DNA of 41,915 nucleotides from Collodictyon triciliatum (Eukaryota): NCBI GenBank assembly GCA_043381765.1, contig JBHJMP010000855.1, positions 1 to 41,915 of the forward strand, read 5' to 3'. Shown piece by piece: positions 1 to 12,500 of this stretch (position 1 is its first letter; each line of letters starts with the position of its first letter). The notes under the pieces were generated by a model. It saw only the letters and a program-made list of their open reading frames with translations, ran no database searches and was not told where the DNA came from. The position numbers and the translations under genes were made by a program.

Positions 1-87
<87 letters not shown>
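1..87. repeat. poly(A) tract at window edge
   Basis: 87 consecutive A; may be truncated by the window edge. Confidence 0.95.
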
Positions 88-88
<1 letters not shown>

Positions 89-383
89 ACCAGAATCTTT
101 TTCCTGAAGATCGAACGAAAGTGAATCAATAGTCTACATATAATTTTGGCGAAATGTACAAACCGCCCTAATGACGGGAGCATTAAAATCATCATGAAAA
201 TACTCTTTTCCTTTCCTTTTCTCATTCTCCTATATCACTCGCACATTACTTGAGATACGCACCACGAAACGATATATTTCTTATCAGTTAAACTTGGCAA
301 CATAGCTCCAGTCTTTCTTTTTATTGCCCATTTTCCTGCCACCTTGGGAATCGGATGCGTCCATAATGGCAGAACCAGGGGGC

Positions 384-3300
384 TTATTCGAATAAACCAC
401 CCACCTCAAGCACACTCTCCTCATCCGCCTGGCCCGCATCCGCAACCTCCGTTCTCCTCTCGTCATACATCTGTACGACCCGCACTGCCTCTGGATGTGC
501 AAATGCATGCTTGCCTGACTTCATGGCTGCAAGAGACCGCATGGCCGAAACTGCAGACAGATTCCCCTGCTCCATCATCTCCTGGAGCGTCCTGTAAGCC
601 TCTTTGGACTTTGCACTATCTGCGGCAATATTCCACTTGCAAGCCTCGACCACATTCTTTGAAACGCCCCAACCATTTTCAAAGCACGACGCCACAATCT
701 CCGACGCAATGCGCATAGCGGGGGTTCTGGTCTTTTGGGCATATGCAATCATCGTCAGTGCCGAAAAGGCCTCCTGCGAGCCGTGCCGAACAGGCTGCTC
801 CAGAATACGGGCACTAATCATCTTGCCCTTCTTCCCCATGTCCACAAGCATTTCGTATCCAAGTCGCTTATTCTTGGACACGCCCATGCCGGTGATATGG
901 CAGATTGCAATCAACGGGATAAGACGGAGGTGCACAGTGCGACTACCCAGCGAGAATGATGAGCCTAGCTCGACAGCCACTCGGCAGGCAACACGGTCCA
1001 TCTCGAAACACAGGCGTATCAGCTCTTTGGACAGCTCGTCGTTGTATGGGTTCAGAATCATCAGATACTTGAGGATGTGAACACGACGAATATGCGCAAA
1101 AAACAGCCTTTGTTTCTCACCCGTGAATGTACACTCGCTGCAGGCCTTTGCGTCAAGATATTCACATATGGAGTCATCTGACCGGTCGATACAGTCAATC
1201 ACAAAACTAATGCCGACAGGTCTTAGGAGAAGGCCATTGTGACGGCGCAAGATGGATAACTCGACCAAAGCAGGAAAAGCCTCGTAATGTCCGGCGAGGA
1301 CAAGGCTGTGGATGCGCACTATATTTAATGGAACTTCGATGTTGTGTGACTCAAAGTTTGAATAGCGATAGCATTTAGCAGCTTTGTGGATGTCAATCTC
1401 AGTCCCCCATCCACGTTCATAGCACATGCCTAGGAAGTTGAGCCCAAAGTACTTCCCCCACAGGCAATTGGCTGCGCTGTCTGTAGATGGGAAGATTTCT
1501 GTTTCCAACATGTGAAAGACCGAGAAGTCCCCTTCAGAAATGTATTTGCAACACAGTTGTTTTAGAATGCCACCATCAGAACTGAATCCCTCTCCACACA
1601 TAAGAAGCCCGATGAGGAGTTTCGCTGCTTCCTTCAAAAGTGCATTGTCATCACTTGTCTTAGCTGATGCCTCATACATCCTCAGAATGTTTTTGACGTA
1701 CATCAATCTCACATAAGGATGCTTCGGATTGAGAATATTAAAATCATTGTTCATGTGTGCCATAATTTTAAGCGCATCGCGTATTTGAGTGGATACGGAC
1801 ACATCAGTATGTTCAAGAAGCTGAAATAGCAAATCGGAGGCTTCTCTAGACGAGGCTTTTGCAGCTTCTAAGAGCATATCGATGGCCCTATTCATGGAGT
1901 TATTGTCTAGATATATCTGCCCAAGTGTAAGGTATATCTCTGGGCGAGGCTGGGGGTCGCCAAAATCGGTATTTCTGAGGGCGACTGCCTCAAGAAAAGG
2001 ACATGCAGGCATTCCGATTCGCCGAAGTTCTTTTAGACCTGATAAATCGAGTTCTGTCACAGAGGATATGTATGCTGTCAATGCACCCTCTAAATTCGTT
2101 TCCTCGATGCACTTTCCGAAGCAGATGCAGGCTTCTGGGTTCTCAGCTTGACCCATTTGATCTAAAAGGACACTCGCAACTCGAAGCCTTTCCAAAGAAA
2201 GAAGGCAACCATCTTTGGCTCGCTGAGCAAGTTGCTTGAACTCTTTGGCATGGGCCAGCCACGCTACACTTTGGACATGATTCTTTTCTATACCCCCAAT
2301 CCCAGTCTCATAAAGTCTAGCGAGGTGAATCGATTGCTGTTTTGAAACATGGTCCATATTTTGCTCGCAATAAGTGATGAAATCATGGTCATCACCTGTT
2401 GCACCAATTTTATACAAACTGATTTTTGTTTCACGCAAGCGCTTTTCGGAGGCCTCCGTATTTTCAGCGTCTATCAAAACACAGCCTGGACTCCGAGGCG
2501 ATAGATTCGATCCAAGTGCGTCACCACACGTGCGGCCCTCTGAGGGATGTGCATTTAAATGAAGAGAACTTACAGAGGTATGCAGTCTTGAGCCGAATTG
2601 GTATGCAGTTTGTATGACAATACTCTCCTTCTCTAGATAATCTAAAGAAGGCGTCGAAGGTTCTGACTGCGATAAAGATAGTCGTGCGACAGTGTGAATA
2701 TCATCATCCATCCAACGGTGAAGCCAACGGGTTTTTTGATTATCAACATAACCACTCATGTAAATGGTGGATACGTTGAAGTCTGATAATTCCTTCAACT
2801 TTACGCCTGTAACTGCATCCCAAATGTATGTGTAGTTGTTGGAGTGTGCAGAGACCAACCATGGATTAATACCATCATTCCCTTGCAACGCAGTCAAACA
2901 TAAGGTCCATCCACCTCCCGACTGCATGATATGAACAGCTGCGTCACGTTTAATGTCCCATATGTATAGGAAGCCGGAGCGATCGCCAAAAGCCAAATGA
3001 TCAAACCCTGCAGAGTTTCTTACTGAACATATTCTCTCTGGAAATGATTTTGTCGGGTTGCGGATAACGCCGATGTCATTAAACTTAAATACATCACAGA
3101 GGAAAATGGAACCGCACCCGAATACCAACGCAAGGACGGGACCTGCTACACCCTCCACGTTTTCCAGCATAGCTGACCGAGAAATGGTTCCATTGTTCAT
3201 GACAGGGATGATTTTTTCGTTGGGCACAGCGTTTGTATCAAATAACCTGATTTGGTTGTTAAGAACAAATATAAAGACACCCTCTTTGCTTTGGTATATG

Positions 3301-4442
3301 GCAACAACTTGATTGAGCTGACGGCGATTCAGTTGCCTTTGTTGGTTCTGTTGCTGCTCATGATGGCTGATGCTACCACTCAGTCCTGGTGGCTGGAATG
3401 ATTCTGAGGGTTCTTGCACAATCAAATCAAACAGCTCGTCCTTTACTTTTTGGTACAGTAGCTCGTCACTATCAGGCTTCTCAGATCCTTGTGTTCCCAT
3501 TAATTTTGTTGGATCAAACCCATCCAGCTCCGACAACACACTTTTAATACGTTTGCCCATATCCAGATCTTCGTGGATATTAAGCCCGTGGTACACAGAC
3601 AGGTTTGATTCTAGGAGAGGCTTCCCTGTCCACATGGTCACGAGACGAATACCACAAGTTTCGTAATCGAACGAGATGTAAGCAGGAACCCCATTTTCAG
3701 ACAGGACGATTTCCGACGTAAAATCAGCCTTTGCAAGGCCAAGGTCAGGGGAGTCCAAGGGGTGAAAGCAGCCCTGTGTGAGATTGAGTACTTGGATTTC
3801 AGGGAGCTGACTTTCGTTGGTGAACGACAGAACCAGGAGCGCATCGCCGTTCTGGGCGCGAGTGATTGTGCTCTGGTATCGCGAATCCCAGTCCATTTGT
3901 CTGACCTGATCTTCATCCAGCCGAATAGACGGCAGATTGACAGACACGTCCATCAGATTGGCGCCGTCCAGATTGCAGGAGCCAACAAAGACACCGCAAA
4001 GATTGGCACCTTGCAGGTTGGCTCCACTCAAATCCGCCCCGTCTAGGACGGCCTGACCCAGATCTGCCCCCGACAAGTCTGCCCCGGTAAGATTAACCTT
4101 GCAGAGCGAACCTTCTGCCGCACACAGCAACGATGCAGCCAAAGCCCTTCCCGTCGGCTCGTTAGCCTCGAGTCGCGTTCGGAGTTGAGCGCGCAGCTCT
4201 GCGTGGGAATGCAGCTTTCGTCCCAGTGCGCGGATTTGAGTGGCACGTAGCGCTTCGCCGCTGCAAAGCAGAGTCTCGAGCCACTCCACACGGCGCGCCT
4301 CGCTTGGATGCAAAAGTCGGCTTCCTGGGTGCGGGTCGTTGGCTGTGTTTGCGGGATTTGCGACTGCCTTGCCAGGCTGGTTGCTGCTCAGTCGGCGTGC
4401 AATTGCAGCTTTCTGGTTTGCAGGTGGCTTCGCTTGCTGCAT
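384..4442 (-). CDS. Intronless 1352-aa protein: pentapeptide repeats + degenerate WD40 repeats + Sel1-like (TPR) repeats
   Basis: Uninterrupted ORF from ATG 4442 to TAA 384. Pentapeptide repeats VNLTG-ADLSG-ADLGQ-AVLDG-ADLSG-ANLQG-ANL...ANL (~3940-4097). WD40-like motifs HLAFGDRSGFLYIWD and WLVSAHSNNYTYIWD (~2818-3000). Sel1 motifs LARLYETGIGGIEKNHVQSVAWL, LGMCYERGWGTEIDIHKAAKCY, ICHITGMGVSKN and SCFENGWGVSKNVVEACKW. Confidence 0.85.
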   Translation of the reverse strand: MQQAKPPANQKAAIARRLSSNQPGKAVANPANTANDPHPGSRLLHPSEARRVEWLETLLCSGEALRATQIRALGRKLHSHAELRAQLRTRLEANEPTGRALAASLLCAAEGSLCKVNLTGADLSGADLGQAVLDGADLSGANLQGANLCGVFVGSCNLDGANLMDVSVNLPSIRLDEDQVRQMDWDSRYQSTITRAQNGDALLVLSFTNESQLPEIQVLNLTQGCFHPLDSPDLGLAKADFTSEIVLSENGVPAYISFDYETCGIRLVTMWTGKPLLESNLSVYHGLNIHEDLDMGKRIKSVLSELDGFDPTKLMGTQGSEKPDSDELLYQKVKDELFDLIVQEPSESFQPPGLSGSISHHEQQQNQQRQLNRRQLNQVVAIYQSKEGVFIFVLNNQIRLFDTNAVPNEKIIPVMNNGTISRSAMLENVEGVAGPVLALVFGCGSIFLCDVFKFNDIGVIRNPTKSFPERICSVRNSAGFDHLAFGDRSGFLYIWDIKRDAAVHIMQSGGGWTLCLTALQGNDGINPWLVSAHSNNYTYIWDAVTGVKLKELSDFNVSTIYMSGYVDNQKTRWLHRWMDDDIHTVARLSLSQSEPSTPSLDYLEKESIVIQTAYQFGSRLHTSVSSLHLNAHPSEGRTCGDALGSNLSPRSPGCVLIDAENTEASEKRLRETKISLYKIGATGDDHDFITYCEQNMDHVSKQQSIHLARLYETGIGGIEKNHVQSVAWLAHAKEFKQLAQRAKDGCLLSLERLRVASVLLDQMGQAENPEACICFGKCIEETNLEGALTAYISSVTELDLSGLKELRRIGMPACPFLEAVALRNTDFGDPQPRPEIYLTLGQIYLDNNSMNRAIDMLLEAAKASSREASDLLFQLLEHTDVSVSTQIRDALKIMAHMNNDFNILNPKHPYVRLMYVKNILRMYEASAKTSDDNALLKEAAKLLIGLLMCGEGFSSDGGILKQLCCKYISEGDFSVFHMLETEIFPSTDSAANCLWGKYFGLNFLGMCYERGWGTEIDIHKAAKCYRYSNFESHNIEVPLNIVRIHSLVLAGHYEAFPALVELSILRRHNGLLLRPVGISFVIDCIDRSDDSICEYLDAKACSECTFTGEKQRLFFAHIRRVHILKYLMILNPYNDELSKELIRLCFEMDRVACRVAVELGSSFSLGSRTVHLRLIPLIAICHITGMGVSKNKRLGYEMLVDMGKKGKMISARILEQPVRHGSQEAFSALTMIAYAQKTRTPAMRIASEIVASCFENGWGVSKNVVEACKWNIAADSAKSKEAYRTLQEMMEQGNLSAVSAMRSLAAMKSGKHAFAHPEAVRVVQMYDERRTEVADAGQADEESVLEVGGLFE

Positions 4443-4892
4443 GCTTTCTATTGTTTGGTGGTTTCTATGTGGGAGTACGCTTGTTGACCTGAATGATCTG
4501 TCTGTGGAGGTTCCTTGCGGGTGTGCGGTGGCTGTCAGCCGAAGCAGGAGCGCGTTTCACAAGGGCTTGTTTATGTCGCGGTTCGATTCCGCTGTGGTTC
4601 TTGGAGAGAAAGACGCGTACTCATGACGTTTGTGGAATTTCATATGTGGAAGGAATCGAGCCACAGATCCTGATTAAACCCCACTTTCCAAGCAAACAGG
4701 CACACGCATACCGCATGTATTTCTAACTGCGAAAGCGTGTGGGTAGGATCGGAGGCTGAGTGTGCCGAACAAGGACGCTGGAGATCGTTTCTTTGTGCCA
4801 CAAACATGCAGACAGCTTGTACGTAGAAGCGCCTTTTGCCTCGCTTATTTATCGGTCGTTTTGCAGGTTCGCTGCCCTAATCAAGCGACATC

Positions 4893-6449
4893 ATGGAGAA
4901 CTGCCCTCTTGCTGCCCAAGCCAATCAGGTTGATCACTCTTTATTTTTATTTTTTTAATCTTTTCTCATTTTTTTCTTTTTGTTTCCTTTTTTTTTTTTT
5001 TTGAAACTTCTGTAACGCCATATTTTCCTACGAGCGACCACTTGACTCCTTGTGCGTGACTCATTTCTGTTGGCTTCATTCAACCTTTCCTTTATCCTCT
5101 CCGTTGGACAATAAAGAAAGTTGCAACTCCACACACCAGACAGTTCGATCGTTCTTGCACAAAGGCTTGGCAAACATGACTTGTAACTGGCCCCAAAAAT
5201 TAATAGTTATAGTTGTAAGATACTGACAAAAAAAAAAAAATGGACTGGAAATATCTAGGCTATAGCCGAACGCGAGGCTGACCCGCGTGTCCTCATGTCT
5301 GAGCTCTGCAAGCAATTTTACGGACTCGGTTGGGTGTCGGGCACGGGCGGAGGAATCAGTATTCGGAGCGGGCATGATTTTTCTCTTTTCTCTCGTTTTT
5401 CTTTCTCACACGGACACACACTCTCTTTTTCCCTTTGTGATACACCAACCTCCCTCCCGGATGATAAAAGTGAAGCCAACGGCCACATCAGCTCCAGATG
5501 CTTGCATGAGCAGGCTCTGAGACACACAGCCAGGATGACTGGACAATATGCTGATTTTTTTTCTTCCGTAGAGACCGCATCTTCGTTGCGCCATCGGGTG
5601 TTCAGAAGGAGCGCATGCGTCCCGAGGACATGTTTGAGCTGGATGCAGAGGGAAATGTTGTGCAGCCGCCCGAGAATGCCTCGCTGAAGCCCAGCGCCTG
5701 CTCACCCCTTTTCATGCAGGCCTACACCATCCGCAATGCCGGTGCTGTCATCCACTCCCACTCCTTGAACGTGAGTCTATTCCTATTATCCAGTGCGGTT
5801 CTGTGGTGTCAAATTAAACCGCTTCCTGTTGGATGTCTCTGTACCAGGCCATGCTCGCTACCCTCATCTACGACAAGGAGTTCCGCGTAACGCATCTGGA
5901 GATGATTAAAGGAATCCAGGTCTTTCCTCTTCCCCCTCCGCATATCCCCCTTTGTTTTTTCTTCCCACTTTTCCTTTCTTCTCCCTGGTAGAGCTGGACG
6001 CTCAAAAGAAAACTGAGCCCGACCTTGCTGCCTTATTCGTGCAGGGCCACGGATTCTACGATGAGCTTGTTGTCCCCATTATCGAAAATACCGCCTACGA
6101 AGAAGAACTTGCCGACTCCTTGGCCGAGGTATGCCTGAAGCGTTCTGCAAACATCTAACCTTTATGGAGTCTATGTGAAACCCTGCCCCCTTTCTGCTTT
6201 TATGGTGTTTTTTTTTTATTTGTCCAATCGGTGGTGTAACACGGGGTGCTTTTCCAAACGAAGGCCATTCGCGCATACCCAAAGACCTTTGCGGTTCTTG
6301 TCCGTCGCCACGGAGTCTATGTTTGGGGAAAGAACTGGATTCAGGCGAAAACACACGCAGAAACCTTCGACTACCTCTTCGAGGCGGCTGTCAGGATGAA
6401 ACAGATGGGCTTCGATGCTTCCCAGGCCCCCGCGAAGAAGCAGGAATAA
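4893..6449 (+). CDS. mtnB: Methylthioribulose-1-phosphate dehydratase (APIP/Mde1/MtnB; class II aldolase fold), 6 exons, standalone
   Basis: Exons ~4893-4928 (start exon tentative), 5259-5371, 5572-5770, 5848-5919, 6045-6128, 6264-6449. Spliced product contains [73 protein letters not shown] and [13 protein letters not shown], the hallmark eukaryotic MtnB motifs. Confidence 0.95.
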
Positions 6450-6949
6450 GTCACATCCCACCTGAAAGCTTTCAGCACCAAAGCAACGTTGCCAACTCTA
6501 TATAAAAGCATAAAAGAAAAAAATGGAAAAAAAAAAAGGACAGATAGCAGGGAACATGTCGTTGACCCTTTTCCAGAATTGTCGGGCAACCATCGCCGAA
6601 ACCTTGAATTCCACATTAGACACCTGCACCAGATACGGTACCCTGGCGTCCTTCCCAACTTGGAGCCCCAGGATTTCTTTGGCCAGAAAGTGTGCAACGC
6701 AGGTTTAAATCTGGAGCGAAACATGCAGCGTTGACCTGTGCCCATGGGTTTTGTTTTCCTGTGCTCACGGCCCGCCTTCCATCAACGCACGCCCAAAAGC
6801 CGTGCCGGGAGAGCGAATAGTCGCTGGGAATGCGAGACGGTTGCGTCTTTTTGAAAGCTGCGTTTCTTGGCCTGCAACCGAGTGTCCAAGTCGAACTGAT
6901 CTGCCCGACACACAAAGCCAGCAGACGCTCCGAGCCAAAATAAAATTAA

Positions 6950-6968
6950 AGAAAAAAGAAAGAAAGAA

Positions 6969-6999
<31 letters not shown>

Positions 7000-7116
7000 G
7001 AAAGAAAGAAAGAAAAGAAAAGAAAAGAAAAGAAAAGAAAAGAAAAGAAAAGAAAAGAAAAGAAAAGAAAAGAAAAGAAAAGAAAAGAAAAGAAAAGAAA
7101 AGAAAAGAAAGAAAGA
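6950..7116. repeat. (GAAA)n/(GAAAA)n microsatellite upstream of the DUF1295 gene
   Basis: Direct reading; it produces the KKRKE pseudo-ORF. Confidence 0.95.
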
Positions 7117-7149
7117 AGCCTCACCCATCATGCTAATACCGCAACTAGA

Positions 7150-9218
<2,069 letters not shown>

Positions 9219-9539
9219 CACCCGGCACAGCCACACTAAAGCACAAACGGGCGGGGCCGGACTCGCCTCTGCAGAGCCGCCACAGATTGTGAGTGAGTGA
9301 GATTGTGAAATTGTGGGGGAGAGTGTCCTTTATTAGTGGGTGCATCCTGGCCCTGTTCTCTCATCGGCAAGACGGGAATGTGAGGGCGAGAACAGAGCGG
9401 AACAGAGCGGAGGGGCAAACGGGAGGGAAATAATAACGGCGGGCGCAAAGAGGGTGGGCGTGTGGGGGAGGGAATACACATCAGACGGGTATGTGGGAGG
9501 GAGAGGGGCGGGCGGACTGCGGTGCTGCGCTTCTTCCCT

Positions 9540-12500
9540 TCACGAGACTATGGTGGCGATGCGGCGGATGGCAGAGACGAAGTGGGCGTACCAGATGTCC
9601 CGGTCGGCCTACCAGTGGGGAGATTAGGGGTGGTTGTTGCCTGTGCGGCGATTGGGGTTGGGAGACTCACGTCGTTTTCGCACCGGATGGACACGCCGGA
9701 ATGGTGGGCGAGGTCGAGTATGGACGAGCCGCTCTTGGTGACGTTGCGCACGTCTCGCATCTGAGGTTGTGATTGTGATTGTGGTTATGATTGCGGTTAT
9801 GATTATGGTTGTGATTGTGATTGTGGTTGTGGTTGTTGCGCAGTGACAACGAACCTGGACGACAGTCAACGGATGCATTTCGTAATCGTTGTTGAAGACG
9901 AACAGCCGCTTTTCGTAGAGATAGGCGAAGCAGGAGGACATTGCGTGGCCGGAGAACTGCACATCCACGTAGCCCTTCCGAACTAGCCCACCGGTGGCCA
10001 GCTGATTTGATTTTGATTTTGATTTTGATTTTGATTTTGATTTTGATTTTGATTTTGATTTTGATTTTGATTTTGATTTTGATTTTGACTTTGATTTGGC
10101 TTTGTTGGCTTAATGTGGTGTGGGCGTACTCACCTCGGGTGGAAGCGTTGGTGCGACATTGGAGACAATCAGCTGCAAAAGATGGCACAAATCTTTGAAG
10201 TCGCCCGAGTGCGGCACGATGATTTCGTATCTGGTTAAGAAGCAAAACTTGTGTTGGAGGGCTGCCTTGGACAACGCATAAGGAGGACAATTTGGACGGA
10301 AAAGCACAGTATAGTATGGTCTGTATAATTACTGTTGTGACTCTTGCAGCGAAATCTGGATTTTCTTTTCCCCGGGATTGCTCTTGACCTCGGCGATCTG
10401 CCCAAATGGCCACTGCTTGTGTGTGTCGCCCTCGGTCAGGTTGTGCAGGAACTGCAGGCATGCCAGGTGAATCGCATCGTTATTTGTGAGGGGATATCAG
10501 AAATCGGTGGTGATAAGTGATTGGATGAGGTGGGATGGGGCGTTGCAAGGCCCTCTAACCTTGTTCGCAAAGTCTATCTGGAACACTCTAGTCTGTAGCA
10601 CTAAAGTACATGTAACACAAAATTAGATGGACATCGTGACTTAGTTAATCAATCCACAGGAATAGTCACAAGCACAGAATCAAAACCTCCTCGCTTGTTG
10701 ACTTTTAAGACGGGGTAGCAGGCTGTTTCTGCGGCACAAAGAACAGACTGGTTGAAGCTCCCATCAGATGATGACTTTGATGCATCCACAATCGCCAAAT
10801 ACCAGCCGTCTCGCTCTGTCTATTTGTTTGTAAGCTTTGAAGTCAGATTTGCAGATGCATCGGAACAGCAGTGTTGTTTTCTACATCGTTTTCAACTCAT
10901 GGAAAGGCTTTCTGTTTTCCCTTCTCGAATTGAAAGGACGCAATTGACAAATAAACCAAGGTGCTACCTTCGTCTTGAATCGGAGCGGGTGCACAACCCT
11001 CAAAACAACCACATCCAGTTGCAAATCCCCAATCTTGTTGTATTCAACATGTGCCATGCTTACAGGAATCACATGTAGCGGATAGATGTCCTGCAGAAAA
11101 AACAAGGTCACACAAGAATCATGTGATTTTGATACAGTGAATCCATGGGCATGCTATTTTTCATTTTTCAATTACCTGCTGTGATTTGTAAAACAGAAGC
11201 TTTCCCCGGTATAGAAGTGTCCACACCCTCGTCCAGTTCCGTCCAATCTGCTTCTCCAGGACGCCTCGCTTCATGCAGTCTCCAAGTTTGAACTAGAAGA
11301 AAGACCCAATATATCAGAATTAATCAAAAGTATCATAAGTCGATGTTGCCGTATGTTACAAGGAACACCTCCTTAAAGATTTTATTTATATAATTTTATT
11401 AAAAAAAATTGTAGGTGTCGTGTTCCTTTTGATAAATGTTGAAAAAGGAGGAAAAGAAAAGAAAAGAAAAGAAAAGAAAAGAAAAGAAAAGAAAAGAAAA
11501 GAAAAGAAAAGAAAAGAAAAGAAAAGAAAAGAAAAGAAAAGAAAGAGATGCCTGAAGTGGACTGAATTTTAGGTTTGTGAATGAAGGGGGGGAAATGAAT
11601 GAGATTGAAAATGTGATTATTTTTGTCTGAATGTATTTGTGTGATAGGTAACCTTGGATGGGACGGCCTTGCTGTTAAAGGTTATCAAATCTTTGATAAC
11701 AGCCATCATTTCATCCCTCTCTTGTTCGGTATCAGAGTGAATTTCATAACTATGTATTTGATTTTGTATTACTGACAGGTGAAATCAAAGTCAATTTCTT
11801 GCAACCTCCTTGCGACGCGTACAAAGATATGGTATGCCCCCTTCTCTATTCGAAAACAAACTTGACAGAGTTTTTCAGAGCCATATTGAGAACTGTTTCT
11901 GTGGAAGGGTCAGCATCGCAGCTGACAATATCTACAAAGGCGAAGGACTTCCTAATTGTTCCTTTATGCGGTAAATGGATGATAAGTATAGAGAAAATCA
12001 AGATATTCTTCGCAAAGCAGTACACGGAGATATATGGCCATTTTTTATGCATAAAATGCATGCCTTTCAGTATGTTATGGAGCTTTTGCTGGGAGTAATC
12101 AATCTGCATTATCCTACGTTCCATTTCTTGTGACCGCTGATACCATAGAGAATAAAGAAGATTAAACGAAAGGAAAATTTACATTAGAAAATTTTTTAGA
12201 GTGTTGATCGTCAGCCAGGTTTTGCAAAATGTAGATATTTTAGAGGAAAACCAGGATGACGATTAGTCATTTAGGAGAAGAAAAAACAAGGACAAAATAA
12301 AATATGGGTAGGGTTGACAGATAAATGGCATATAACCTTATTTGGTTTTTCGCACTCAAAATTAAGACAAGTTATCGCGGAGGCGACGGAAGCAAATGAT
12401 GTCTGTATCGATATTTCTGAAATGTGTTTCAAAATCAGACGAGAGGAAAAGCACAAGAGACCACATAATAAAATAAGAAATATGTACGACTTACCTGATA

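Noticed and set aside
4893-6449. Possible MtnB-MtnC fusion or methionine-salvage gene cluster
   Set aside because: The gene ends at TAA 6449 with no HAD enolase-phosphatase domain, and no other salvage genes are adjacent
6540-6745. Protein-like minus-strand frame (VAHFLAKEILGLQVGKDARVPYLVQVSNVEFKVSAMVARQFWKRVNDMFP) and overlapping short ORFs between mtnB and DUF1295
   Set aside because: It is preceded by an in-frame stop, has no convincing start or acceptor, and resembles no family I recognise. It may be a relic but cannot be supported.
6751-7149. Lys/Arg/Glu-rich N-terminal extension of the 244-aa ORF
   Set aside because: It is a translation of the (GAAAA)n microsatellite; the real DUF1295 start is more plausibly ATG 7150
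9624-10461. Apparent standalone GC-rich minus-strand gene (264-aa and 114-aa ORFs)
   Set aside because: The pieces are the last PH exons of the Arf-GEF, read through intronic microsatellites
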